From a virus (Duplodnaviria > Caudoviricetes), in the IMG/VR virus record IMGVR_UViG_3300011337_000295, positions 1-33,267 of that record: 33,267 bases of DNA, one strand, 5' to 3'. The notes under the pieces are model-generated. The model was not told the origin of the DNA. It did not search any database and worked only from the letters and a program-made list of their open reading frames with translations. The translations under genes were made by a program, and so were the position numbers. Below are positions 17,617 through 26,178 of the stretch, one piece after another. Positions within the stretch are counted from its first letter, which is position 1. The number at the start of each line of letters is the position of its first letter.

Positions 17617-19220
17617 TACTGCAATGCCCTCATAAGTGCTGGTTGATTGCTAAGTTGCTCTGGCCCAGCAGGACTTTGTTGCTGAGGCATAGCGGCCTGT
17701 TGCTGCATCTGCATCTGCTGTGCGGCTTCTGCCATCTGTTGCATGATCAACTCACGTTCGTCTGTAGTCGTAAGCAATCGAGATGGAATGCCAAGTTTAT
17801 CAGCGATATAGTCGATAATCGCATCTTTCTTGATAGCAATCTGCGCTTCTGGCCCCATAGACGCAGTGATCTGCATAAACTGCAACAGATCATTGAGTTC
17901 GTCCATGTTCTGAGCCTGAGCCAGTGGCGAAATCGGTACTACCTTGACCTGTTGACCATTCACCTTGAGAGGCATCAGGATCAGGCCAATTTCATCCATA
18001 AGATACAGGATGCGGGATACGATTGGCAGCATTGCCTCGGTAATCAGACGACCAAAAGCTGCACCAAGGTTCTGTGCCAACTCGTTTCTGCGCTGCACAA
18101 CTTCGGTTGCCGACCGTGCGGACATATTGTCCGGCGGTAGAGTGTCGTCGAGCAGCATTTTCTTAATGTTCATCCGCAGATCGTTCATAATAATCTGCGA
18201 AACATTGAAGTCTGACGCTTTTGTGAGCGGCATCAGGCTTGGCCCCTGTGGCCCACCGTTTCGAGCGACCGGAATAATCGCTCCGGGCTGTATCTTGATG
18301 GTCTGTACGTTGATTACGCCATCATCTGCCGCTGTATATACACCAGCAACAGCCAATGCAGCATTCTTCAAGACCAGTTCAACGGTCTTGTTAAGGGTCT
18401 TTACGTCTGGCATAGCCGCGATCAACGGGCCACGGCCATAGACTTCGCCAGCGACCTTCATATATCGCGCTACAATCCAAGGCGAGACCTTCATCGTCCG
18501 GTAGACAAGCTCAGACTTACTCTTCTCATGGATCACATGATAGCAGTAGATGTTGTCTTGCTTGTTATAGACAGTGGCTTCCAGCAATTCGACATCCTCT
18601 GTCGGCTTCTTATCGATCATGGACTGCAACTGTGCAGGGATCTTGGCATCTGACCATTGCAGACTGATTGCCTCACCCTTCACACGCAGTTTCCGATAAA
18701 CATTGTCTACCGTTCCGTGCGGCCCTTCTTCCAAGCTGACCAGATATTGCGGAACCGCTGTAAATCTAATTGGAATTGACTCATCACCAGGCTGAATGAG
18801 CATGACAGCCGTACCAACAGATAAGTCCAGTAGAAATTCCGACATCGCCAGATCAAAGTTAGTTTGTCTGAGAATAGAGAACATTTGTTCATTATATGCG
18901 TCCAGAACACGTTGGATCTCCCCTCTACGTTCAATCGGGATCTCGTTGCCGGCCTGTAATCTGCACCACGCACGGTATGGAGGAAACAGACTAGACTGGA
19001 TTTTGTTAGCAAATCGCTGTGTCGAATGAATGGCGGTCGAATCGAAGACCTTGCTCATCTTCTTTTGACCGGGTACGCCACCTTCATAGAAGCCATCATA
19101 CAGATTGCGCTGTGGCAATGCGTATTCATAGCATTCCTGATAGATTGTACGCCACTCATCCTTGCGTGAAGATGCAAGCGATGAACGCTTCATAATGTTT
19201 TCTACGCTCATCCTTGCCAT
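17616..19220 (-). CDS. Portal (head-tail connector) protein
   Basis: 534 aa; 'FDSTAI', 'GEVYGRGP', 'ALPDVKTLN'-like, 'SATEVVQR', 'ISPLAQAQ'. Confidence 0.94.
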   Translation of the reverse strand: MARMSVENIMKRSSLASSRKDEWRTIYQECYEYALPQRNLYDGFYEGGVPGQKKMSKVFDSTAIHSTQRFANKIQSSLFPPYRAWCRLQAGNEIPIERRGEIQRVLDAYNEQMFSILRQTNFDLAMSEFLLDLSVGTAVMLIQPGDESIPIRFTAVPQYLVSLEEGPHGTVDNVYRKLRVKGEAISLQWSDAKIPAQLQSMIDKKPTEDVELLEATVYNKQDNIYCYHVIHEKSKSELVYRTMKVSPWIVARYMKVAGEVYGRGPLIAAMPDVKTLNKTVELVLKNAALAVAGVYTAADDGVINVQTIKIQPGAIIPVARNGGPQGPSLMPLTKASDFNVSQIIMNDLRMNIKKMLLDDTLPPDNMSARSATEVVQRRNELAQNLGAAFGRLITEAMLPIVSRILYLMDEIGLILMPLKVNGQQVKVVPISPLAQAQNMDELNDLLQFMQITASMGPEAQIAIKKDAIIDYIADKLGIPSRLLTTTDERELIMQQMAEAAQQMQMQQQAAMPQQQSPAGPEQLSNQPALMRALQ

Positions 19221-19230
19221 AACTTAATCC

Positions 19231-19575
19231 TTAATCACCACGCACCAGCAAAATGCAAGTTACGCTAGTTGAAGCACCGCCACCAGTTGCCTTCGGGCGA
19301 ACGTATAATGGTTCCGTGTCAAACGCTGCCATACCTGCGGCAGTGAATGAGACAGCACCACCAGCACTCTTCTTGGTAGACGCGACAAAGTTCGTCCCAT
19401 CAATAGAACCGTCAAACTCGACTGTTGCAGCATTGAATGTACCTAGTACCTGTGCTGTCAAATGATGTTTGCCATCCAGATAGATAGCAGTTCCGACATC
19501 ATTGTTAGCCATACCAGTCCATGTATATACAATCGCTCCATCTGTAGCTGTATTCGTATGCTGGATCGTAGCCAT
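19231..19575 (-). CDS. Hypothetical beta-rich virion-associated protein
   Basis: 114 aa; 'QVLGTFNAATVEFDGSIDGTNF...PLYVRP'; packed in the late operon. Confidence 0.7.
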   Translation of the reverse strand: MATIQHTNTATDGAIVYTWTGMANNDVGTAIYLDGKHHLTAQVLGTFNAATVEFDGSIDGTNFVASTKKSAGGAVSFTAAGMAAFDTEPLYVRPKATGGGASTSVTCILLVRGD

Positions 19576-19577
19576 GA

Positions 19578-19739
19578 TTATTTCCCTTTACTGGGTTTTG
19601 ATTTACCAATGGACGGCTTTGCCTTACCAGCGGATGACATTGCCATTGCAATAGCCTGTTTTTGGGGATACCCCTTTTTCATCTCAGCACGAATGTTCGT
19701 AGAAATTGTCTTCTGCGAAGAACCTTTTTTCATTGGCAT
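19578..19739 (-). CDS. Small Lys-rich protein (53 aa); absent from the ORF track
   Basis: [53 protein letters not shown]; TAATG coupling to the upstream gene. Confidence 0.8.
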   Translation of the reverse strand: MPMKKGSSQKTISTNIRAEMKKGYPQKQAIAMAMSSAGKAKPSIGKSKPSKGK

Positions 19740-19900
19740 TACTTCTTCCCCTTCATAGACGCACGAATGTTGTCAACCATGTTCGGATATGGACGCCCTG
19801 CCTTCTTAGCCATCGCCTTAGCAGACGCTTTCTGTGATGGAGTTAGCTTTTTGCTATCACCAAGTCCCTTTGGTCGAGGCTTGTCCCATACTTCTGCCAT
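19739..19900 (-). CDS. Small Lys-rich protein (53 aa); absent from the ORF track
   Basis: [53 protein letters not shown]; AAGGA RBS; fills the gap. Confidence 0.8.
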   Translation of the reverse strand: MAEVWDKPRPKGLGDSKKLTPSQKASAKAMAKKAGRPYPNMVDNIRASMKGKK

Positions 19901-19902
19901 GT

Positions 19903-20208
19903 TCAATCCTTCATATTCTTGATTCTAGCACTGAGAGCAGCCGCCTTCTTCTTTGCATCAGCACTTGAAGATGCGCCCCATGCTCTGAGAGCCAGCAGCT
20001 TTCTGGTCGGTTCGCCCTTCTCGTCGAAGTCTGGCCCCTTAACGCCTGCCATTCTCGCCAAGAAACTTGCCTTCCGACCTAGTGCCTCACGACTTTTAGG
20101 CGCACCTTTAACGGGGGCCTTTAAGTTGGAGCCTTCAGTGCGCTTGAAATACGCCCGTCCAGCAGCATTCAGGCCACCTTCAGGGTTCTGGTACTTCTTG
20201 GCAACCAT
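19903..20208 (-). CDS. Basic phage protein, DUF6321-like
   Basis: 'NPEGGLNAAGRAYF....GSNLKAPV...RKASFLARM...LALRAWG'. Confidence 0.75.
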   Translation of the reverse strand: MVAKKYQNPEGGLNAAGRAYFKRTEGSNLKAPVKGAPKSREALGRKASFLARMAGVKGPDFDEKGEPTRKLLALRAWGASSSADAKKKAAALSARIKNMKD

Positions 20209-20211
20209 TGG

Positions 20212-20436
20212 TTACGACATCCCACTCAGGCTTGTCGATAGTCCAATTTCAGGGCTGAGACGCTCAGGGCTGAGAAGCTGACGCATACCGCCATACTGAC
20301 GCGCTCTGATTGACGCTGCCGTGCGCGCACCAGCCTCTGCTTCCTGAGCAGAAATGCGCTTTTCTTGTTCAGCTTGCAGTTTTACCTGTGCCTTTTGAGC
20401 AGACGTATCAATTTTCGGCGGTGCTAGAAAACCCAT
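20212..20436 (-). CDS. Small hypothetical virion-associated protein
   Basis: Likely start MGFLAPPKIDTS after GAGG RBS; helical, with 'RARQYGGMRQLLS'. Confidence 0.7.
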   Translation of the reverse strand: MGFLAPPKIDTSAQKAQVKLQAEQEKRISAQEAEAGARTAASIRARQYGGMRQLLSPERLSPEIGLSTSLSGMS

Positions 20437-20926
20437 GATTAAACCTCGTATATACATGGCAATCTACACCATCAGGGGTATATGCCGTTAGAGTTGCCTC
20501 ATAATTGAACCCGATTAGCCCGGCCCAACGCATCGCTGGAGTATTATCATTTCTGACAACAATCTGCAAACGTCGTAAATAGGACAGTTGTGTCGTATAA
20601 GATACAAACATCTTGGCTTTGCGTGTCAGGTCGAGTGCGTTTTGCTTGGCAAGGTCGTCACTTTTGAACATCCATAGTTCATATGTGTTGGGCCAGAGTT
20701 GGAATATACCAGAAGACAGGATGATCTTGTTGTCGATCATCACTGTCATGCTGGGATAGGCGTCGGCATATGACTGGATACGCTCGTTAAAGTCAGGTAA
20801 AGCCGACGCTGCTCGGCGATCAAGGTCAGATAGCCGCATCATGTGGATGTGTCCGTAGTGAAACGGCACAACTCTTATCCTATCGCCCAGATTTAACTCC
20901 GCTATAAAGTCATCCGGCACGATCAT
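20408..20926 (-). CDS. GNAT-fold acetyltransferase-like protein
   Basis: 'LRRLQIVVRNDNTPAMRWAGLIGFNYEATL..Y..DG.D' matches the RimJ/RimL-type C-terminal motif; ATGA overlap with terL. Confidence 0.75.
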   Translation of the reverse strand: MIVPDDFIAELNLGDRIRVVPFHYGHIHMMRLSDLDRRAASALPDFNERIQSYADAYPSMTVMIDNKIILSSGIFQLWPNTYELWMFKSDDLAKQNALDLTRKAKMFVSYTTQLSYLRRLQIVVRNDNTPAMRWAGLIGFNYEATLTAYTPDGVDCHVYTRFNHGFSSTAEN

Positions 20927-22479
20927 GCGAAGATCTCGAAGTCATGATTGGCTATGGTTGATCTTGGTTGCGATCTACCCATCATGTGCCCCCGTGTCAG
21001 TGTCCTGAACTCGCCACCACCTAACATCAGATAGCCGTATGCGTCACCGATATGCGAGTGTTCGTTCTTGTTGGGTGCATCTTTGAACCTATCCGTGCCG
21101 CCACCGACACCAACTCTCTTGAAATGGTAGCCACCAGCCAGTGATTTACGCAATCTTTGGCAGTCATGTGCCACAATTATGCCCGGTTTGCCATCAATTA
21201 GTCTCTGCATTGGCAGCGCACCTGCCTCACGACGCACCATAAAGTCATTGGATGCGGTAGGTTGGGCATTCAATCCTAGTGTTTTGAGATAATCGAACGC
21301 TGTAACCTCGAAGATCCCGTCTCTGGCAACACCAGCAGGGTCTCCCCAGATGAATATTTGCGCTTTTGGGAATCTTGTCTGGATATCATGGATTAAAATC
21401 TGCCCGAAACGCTCCAGACCCATGCTGAATGACACGATTTCATGCAGAATATGCCACCGACCGTTCCTCATCTTCTGTCCGATGACTGCAGCTGGCGTCA
21501 AACCAAAGTCCAATCCTACCTGAATCGGCACACTAGGGTCGTAATCCAGTGCTTCTACGCTCATCAGGCTGTCCATATACTCAGGCCATACAGCTTTGCC
21601 TTCCTGTACATACACATATTCGCCACCGACATAGCACCTGATCCAGTCAAGGTTCTTGCCGCCGAGCTGCTGCTCATAATAGCCTGGTGGTAGGTTGCCG
21701 ATGTTCTCGGCTTCTGGGTTCATCGTCCAGAATCTACCTGCCGCTGGCAAGGCTCCTGGTGTGTCTCCGGTGCATTCAACCATTCCTGACGGCTGCTTGA
21801 AGAACGACCACTTATACCTGCCCTTGATAGGCTCTTTCTCTGCTAGGCGATACCACCAGTGGTCATTGTCCATAGGGTTTGTATCTGCCCATATCCCACG
21901 CCAAGTAGGGCCACCGTGCTGTTTGGTTGGATAGCGGCCTACACGATGTGTCAAGCCTTGGATAACAGCTAGGGGCAATTCCCGTGCCTCGTTTACCCAT
22001 GCACCAGTTAACTCAAGAGACAGCAACTTCCTAACATCCTTGGGCTGGTCGAGAGCAAGAAAGATAACCTCGCAATCAACGCCAGGGATACCGTCACGGC
22101 TAGGCAATTTAAGATGGTGGGTGATAGGTGGCGACCATCTCATTGGCCCCCACACGTCTTCAGGGAACAGTGTACCCCACGTCTTGATAGTAGTCGTCCT
22201 CAACTCAGGATAAGAGTTTCTGACAATCACAAATCTGGTATAGCGCACATTATCGACCGGAGACGGAGCCTGTTGCACGGCCTTCAGGAAGATCTCGGCA
22301 GCGCAACCATACGACTTGCCGCTGCCTACCGGGCCGAGCAATCCACGAAAGAACGATGTGTCATGCAGGAACTCCCAAGTGGTAGGAGCCTGAGTAAAAT
22401 CAAGCTCTAGGCCACCGAGAGTCACGTCAGACGTATCAGACGATCTCGGCGATTGCTTCCTCTTCATTGGCTTCTTCAT
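20923..22479 (-). CDS. terL: Terminase large subunit
   Basis: Walker A GPVGSGKS, Walker B GAWVNEARE, 'DTNP' coupling motif, nuclease motifs 'GLDFG', 'GDPAG' and 'SHIGDA'. Confidence 0.96.
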   Translation of the reverse strand: MKKPMKRKQSPRSSDTSDVTLGGLELDFTQAPTTWEFLHDTSFFRGLLGPVGSGKSYGCAAEIFLKAVQQAPSPVDNVRYTRFVIVRNSYPELRTTTIKTWGTLFPEDVWGPMRWSPPITHHLKLPSRDGIPGVDCEVIFLALDQPKDVRKLLSLELTGAWVNEARELPLAVIQGLTHRVGRYPTKQHGGPTWRGIWADTNPMDNDHWWYRLAEKEPIKGRYKWSFFKQPSGMVECTGDTPGALPAAGRFWTMNPEAENIGNLPPGYYEQQLGGKNLDWIRCYVGGEYVYVQEGKAVWPEYMDSLMSVEALDYDPSVPIQVGLDFGLTPAAVIGQKMRNGRWHILHEIVSFSMGLERFGQILIHDIQTRFPKAQIFIWGDPAGVARDGIFEVTAFDYLKTLGLNAQPTASNDFMVRREAGALPMQRLIDGKPGIIVAHDCQRLRKSLAGGYHFKRVGVGGGTDRFKDAPNKNEHSHIGDAYGYLMLGGGEFRTLTRGHMMGRSQPRSTIANHDFEIFA

Positions 22480-22867
22480 CTAACGGACTTTCTGTAATGG
22501 AATAATTGGTTACTACCGGGCCTTTAAGATTAATACCCATGATTGTAGGCCGCGCATCATCACTGAGGTTCTCCAATAACCCGTAATGCTTGGAGAGCAA
22601 CCGCAAAGCAGACATCTTGTCGTGCATTTCCACTTCAATCTCGTTGCCATCCTTGGTCGGCCTGATCTTTATCTTCTTAATCGCCTTCCGAGTATGCTCC
22701 GGCAAATCATAACTGGGAATAACACTAACTCCTCCAGTCTGATCCCACGACAACACATCAGTAATCTTGGAAGAGCCAAGTATTTCTAACTCTTCCAACA
22801 CCGCCTCCTTCTTTCCATCCATCCTGTTGGAACTCAAAACACGTCTAAACTGTCTAACACTGGTCAT
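22436..22867 (-). CDS. terS: Terminase small subunit
   Basis: 'AIKKIKI...EIEVEMHDKMSALRLLSKHYGL' motif; immediately upstream of terL; CAGGAG RBS. Confidence 0.85.
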   Translation of the reverse strand: MTSVRQFRRVLSSNRMDGKKEAVLEELEILGSSKITDVLSWDQTGGVSVIPSYDLPEHTRKAIKKIKIRPTKDGNEIEVEMHDKMSALRLLSKHYGLLENLSDDARPTIMGINLKGPVVTNYSITESPLDEEANEEEAIAEIV

Positions 22868-23127
22868 TATCTACAATCTCCTGTTCATAACTAGTTAAAA
22901 CCCCCTTGACACTATTTACAAAACATACACGAACCCCTTATAACCCGAAGGGTGTCCCACAATATAGAGAATAACACCCAAGGGTATGCGTGTTCCGGCA
23001 CGCATGAAACAACCGTGCTGATAAGCGCGTAGAACACGAAGAGTAAGGGGCAACCGAGAAGAGTTCATGAACAACACCTAAAACACCTGACCAAATCTGA
23101 GAAAAAAATCGTGCCTGAGACCCCGTA

Positions 23128-23844
23128 CTAGCGCGGACGGGGCGGGGGGGAAGGGGTGGCCTGCGAGAAAGAGCCCGCGTCGATGAGTTGCTGTAAACCA
23201 CTAGGTACAGAGCCTTTAGAGCGTAGCCATTGAGAGACTGCAAGAGATGCTAGTCGCTTGAATTCATCAAGCTCTATGCCAGTTGAGACAAGGTAATTGA
23301 TAGGGATTGATTGAGAGCTAGAGAGTGTTACACCATACGTTTGTAAGATTGACCTAAAACAATTCTCAATCCCTTGAACCCTAACAGTATGCTCTTGATT
23401 GCTAGATGATTCCTCTTTGCTGTTAGTACCTTGTTCCAAAGAGTGGACGTTGAAAGCCTTCGACTCTTGTAGCTGTTCCTTGGTCGGGACTGGATCATCC
23501 TTAGAGTAGAGCACCTGGTATCTATCCGTGAGCCATTGAGATGTTTGACCAGCGTACCACTTAGGTTGAAGCTTGCGGATGTATCCCTTGTCTACCAGAC
23601 GTCTCAATGCCGCCTGATTGCCAGCCGTGCCTTGTCCGGTGTACGCGCCGATAGTTTGCAAGGTTGGAAATGCAACCCCGCTTCCGCTTGTATATAGGCC
23701 TAGTGCTAACAAGGTGCGGATATCATTAATTGATAGGCTCAGATCCATGACGGCGCGTGATGGATAAACACTAAAACGCCTTAAATCAGTCTCGCCTCTA
23801 GGCGTTAATCCGGCGATTGCTTTAGTTTTCTTTATTGTTTTCAA
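23128..23844 (-). CDS. Winged helix-turn-helix DNA-binding protein
   Basis: 'LSINDIRTLLALGLYT...AFPTLQTIG...ALRRLVDKGYIRK' resembles HTH domains of phage initiators and regulators; TTG start is uncertain. Confidence 0.7.
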   Translation of the reverse strand: MKTIKKTKAIAGLTPRGETDLRRFSVYPSRAVMDLSLSINDIRTLLALGLYTSGSGVAFPTLQTIGAYTGQGTAGNQAALRRLVDKGYIRKLQPKWYAGQTSQWLTDRYQVLYSKDDPVPTKEQLQESKAFNVHSLEQGTNSKEESSSNQEHTVRVQGIENCFRSILQTYGVTLSSSQSIPINYLVSTGIELDEFKRLASLAVSQWLRSKGSVPSGLQQLIDAGSFSQATPSPPPRPR

Positions 23845-23892
23845 GGTGTTACGTTCCCGAATAATTATTTTATCTTTTTTTTATAATACCTA

Positions 23893-23921
23893 TTGACAAC
23901 GAATGGAATGATAAATAAATT
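23893..23921 (+). promoter_or_regulatory. Sigma70-type promoter of the AT-rich island
   Basis: TTGACA-N17-TAAATT with an AT-rich upstream tract. Confidence 0.7.
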
Positions 23922-23955
23922 ATCAATATCGAAACAACGAATAGGGAATAAGACA

Positions 23956-24222
23956 GTGATCTATATCGCAACCGAAGTAAATGGCCGCGGCGCGCAACTA
24001 GTTAAGGCCTATAGCAACAAAAGTGAATATCGCGCGAACGTGTGGAAATGGCTGGATTTGTCGGGCAAAGCATATGTCCTGAATAAAAACATAACAATCG
24101 ATGATCTTTGCCATTCTTTGCATGATCAAGGCCCATGCTTCGGCGCAAGATATCATTACCGTATTAGTCGCGAGGAAGCTCTATTTTTGAAGCGTGAAGG
24201 TGTGGAAACCTACGGTTTTTGA
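23956..24222 (+). CDS. Hypothetical protein (88 aa)
   Basis: GTG start after AGGGAA RBS. The track's TTG start at 23893 coincides with the -35 box. Confidence 0.7.
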   Translation: MIYIATEVNGRGAQLVKAYSNKSEYRANVWKWLDLSGKAYVLNKNITIDDLCHSLHDQGPCFGARYHYRISREEALFLKREGVETYGF

Positions 24223-24259
24223 TCAATCAAACTAGCAACAGGAATAATAGGGGAATAAT

Positions 24260-25018
24260 ATGCAAAATAAGATCTTTTCATTCGACAGCGCAAAAGCAAT
24301 CAAAGCAATCGAGTTTGGTTATTATAATGCGATCCATTACATGGCTCCGCATTCTCTATCCGGTAAAAATCTATGCTCTCACGCATCTCTTGAATGCATC
24401 AAGCATTGCTTAGGTTGGCACTCAGGCCAAGCGGCAATGGTAAAGCATGAGCGCGATATTAATTCAGTCCGGCAATCTCGAATCGATAAGGCGCAACGGT
24501 TCATGAGCGACCGCAAAAACTATCTGGCCGATATCATAAAATCGATTGAGAACGGTATCCGTGACGCTAACAAAAAAGGTTTAAAACTATGCGTGCGCCT
24601 AAACGGTTCAACCGATATTGCATGGGAAGGTATAGCGTGCCATTACAATGGCGTGATTTACAAGAATATCATGGCAATTTTTCCCGATATTCAATTCGTG
24701 GACTACACTAAAAATGCTTCGCGATTGTATCGTAAATTGCCCGCTAATTATTATTTGACGCTATCACGCCATGAGAACAATGAAGCGGAAAGCATCGATG
24801 CATTGCGCAATGGTCACAATGTAGCGGTGATATTCGCGAATGAATTGCCAGAAACATGGAACGGGTTTGAGGTTATCAATGGCGATGAGCATGACCTTCG
24901 GCATATGGACAAGCGCGGTGGCGTAGTAGTTGGACTAAAAGCAAAAGGAAACAAACTGAAGAAAAGCAATTCTGCTTTCGTCGTGCGGGATTATCAGGAA
25001 ATGAGGATTGCGGCATGA
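24260..25018 (+). CDS. GP88-like (radical-SAM-like) Cys-motif phage protein
   Basis: C-x6-C-x3-C (NLCSHASLECIKHC), 'VRLNGSTDIAWE', 'QFVDYTK', 'NGDEHDLR', 'VVGLKAKG'. Confidence 0.78.
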   Translation: MQNKIFSFDSAKAIKAIEFGYYNAIHYMAPHSLSGKNLCSHASLECIKHCLGWHSGQAAMVKHERDINSVRQSRIDKAQRFMSDRKNYLADIIKSIENGIRDANKKGLKLCVRLNGSTDIAWEGIACHYNGVIYKNIMAIFPDIQFVDYTKNASRLYRKLPANYYLTLSRHENNEAESIDALRNGHNVAVIFANELPETWNGFEVINGDEHDLRHMDKRGGVVVGLKAKGNKLKKSNSAFVVRDYQEMRIAA

Positions 25019-25098
25019 TTAAGAACATTCTTGAAGATATCTTTGAACTTGCCTGCCTAGGCTCATTCATCTTGGCAATCGTTTTGTGGAGTTTATAA
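25015..25098 (+). CDS. 27-aa hydrophobic peptide; absent from the ORF track
   Basis: MIKNILEDIFELACLGSFILAIVLWSL*; GAGGA RBS; ATGA overlap upstream and TAATG overlap downstream. Confidence 0.72.
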   Translation: MIKNILEDIFELACLGSFILAIVLWSL

Positions 25099-25322
25099 TG
25101 ACAATCGAAAAACAAATAACGGCAATCGAGCGTGATATTTATTGGAGTGCCTATGTCGCCCGGCAATCAAAAGATAAAGCGCAAAAAGAGCGATGCTTAA
25201 ATCGTGTCGAAAATTTCATACAAGATTTAATGGACTTGAAACGTGAGCTCAATGAAACAGATCTCGACCGGGGGTCCATTGAACAGCGTGCCTGGTACGA
25301 TATCAATCTAGAATTGAGATGA
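25098..25322 (+). CDS. Hypothetical helical protein (74 aa)
   Basis: Start MTIEKQ after GGAG RBS, coupled to the peptide stop. Confidence 0.72.
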   Translation: MTIEKQITAIERDIYWSAYVARQSKDKAQKERCLNRVENFIQDLMDLKRELNETDLDRGSIEQRAWYDINLELR

Positions 25323-25346
25323 TCAATCAAATATCGGGAATGAATT

Positions 25347-25376
25347 AGAGGGGCAAGCAAGCCCCTCTTTTCTTTT
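25347..25376 (+). terminator. Intrinsic terminator closing the AT-rich island
   Basis: AGAGGGGC-AAGCAA-GCCCCTCT followed by TTTCTTTT. Confidence 0.85.
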
Positions 25377-25434
25377 GTGGTACTAGGGTAGCGGGGCAAT
25401 CGTGCAAGGCCACTAGGCGAGGCTCTAATGCGTT

Positions 25435-25704
25435 TTAGAACGGAACCAAATCATTCAAGTCACTAGCACTACCAACGGATTTAGACGTATACCGCTTCAC
25501 ACCTTCATTCGGTTGCTCACCTTCCTCAATCAACTTGAAGTTGATCGACAAGAATGCTTCGCCGTCCTTACCTGTTTTGATCCAAGCGCCCATCTGATAC
25601 CGGACGCCCGCGACCATCGCCTTTCCTCTGTAGTCCGGCTGTCCGTCTTTTGTCTTGTAGGTGTTCTTGTTCAAAGATCCTGAATTGTCGTACTTGTTTT
25701 CCAT
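25435..25704 (-). CDS. Single-stranded DNA-binding-like protein (DUF736-like)
   Basis: 'NSGSLNKN...QPDYRG...GAWIK...FLSINF' and an SSB-like acidic tail 'DLNDLVPF'. Confidence 0.75.
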   Translation of the reverse strand: MENKYDNSGSLNKNTYKTKDGQPDYRGKAMVAGVRYQMGAWIKTGKDGEAFLSINFKLIEEGEQPNEGVKRYTSKSVGSASDLNDLVPF

Positions 25705-25827
25705 TTTTATCATTCCTGTTTGATCATTCACATGAGGTCAGATAGCCCTTAACGGGGGCCGCCCAGGTTAGATAATAAGGGGCATTTTTCTAAAATAATA
25801 GGGGTTTCCGTGAGTATCCACATGGGG

Positions 25828-26178
25828 TCAATTAAGGCTGCCCAAGTGCTGAGATAGCTTGCTCAATTTCTCAAGCATCATTTCCCGCTGTTCGTCTGAT
25901 ACTGGTGTAGCATCGTGCACAACGCGCAACTGCGGCCCTTTTTTGTGATTAGGGTTGACATATGTGCGGCAAAATTCCCTCATTTCTGCAATCGAGGGCA
26001 TAAATCTACATGAGGAAATCAGCCCGACCTTCGGATCTGCCAGCGCGCGCAACGTCTCGACTTGATAATCTTCAAGCGCGATGGCTGCCAATCTGGTAAA
26101 CGCCTCACGGTCAACTCTGCTGTCGGGGTAGGCTGACAACAGGGTCGTGATCGATTGTATAGCCTGTGTTCTGTTCAT
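25828..26178 (-). CDS. Putative helicase loader/inhibitor-like replication protein
   Basis: 'LLSAYP' and 'CRFMPSIAEMREFC' motifs; directly downstream of the initiator. Confidence 0.6.
   Translation of the reverse strand: MNRTQAIQSITTLLSAYPDSRVDREAFTRLAAIALEDYQVETLRALADPKVGLISSCRFMPSIAEMREFCRTYVNPNHKKGPQLRVVHDATPVSDEQREMMLEKLSKLSQHLGSLN

Noticed and set aside
210-22789. Numerous plus-strand ORFs in the track across the late region
   Set aside because: They are antisense shadows of well-supported minus-strand genes, with no RBS or recognisable motifs.
22938-23243. 101-aa minus-strand ORF upstream of terS
   Set aside because: It overlaps the wHTH gene and low-complexity G/C runs, has no RBS and has atypical composition, so it is more likely non-coding.
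25732-25827. Possible 24-codon minus-strand ORF and short CCCC(T)TATTAT repeats in the gap after the loader-like gene
   Set aside because: There is no RBS and the repeats are too short to distinguish from chance; only the DnaA-box-like site was kept.
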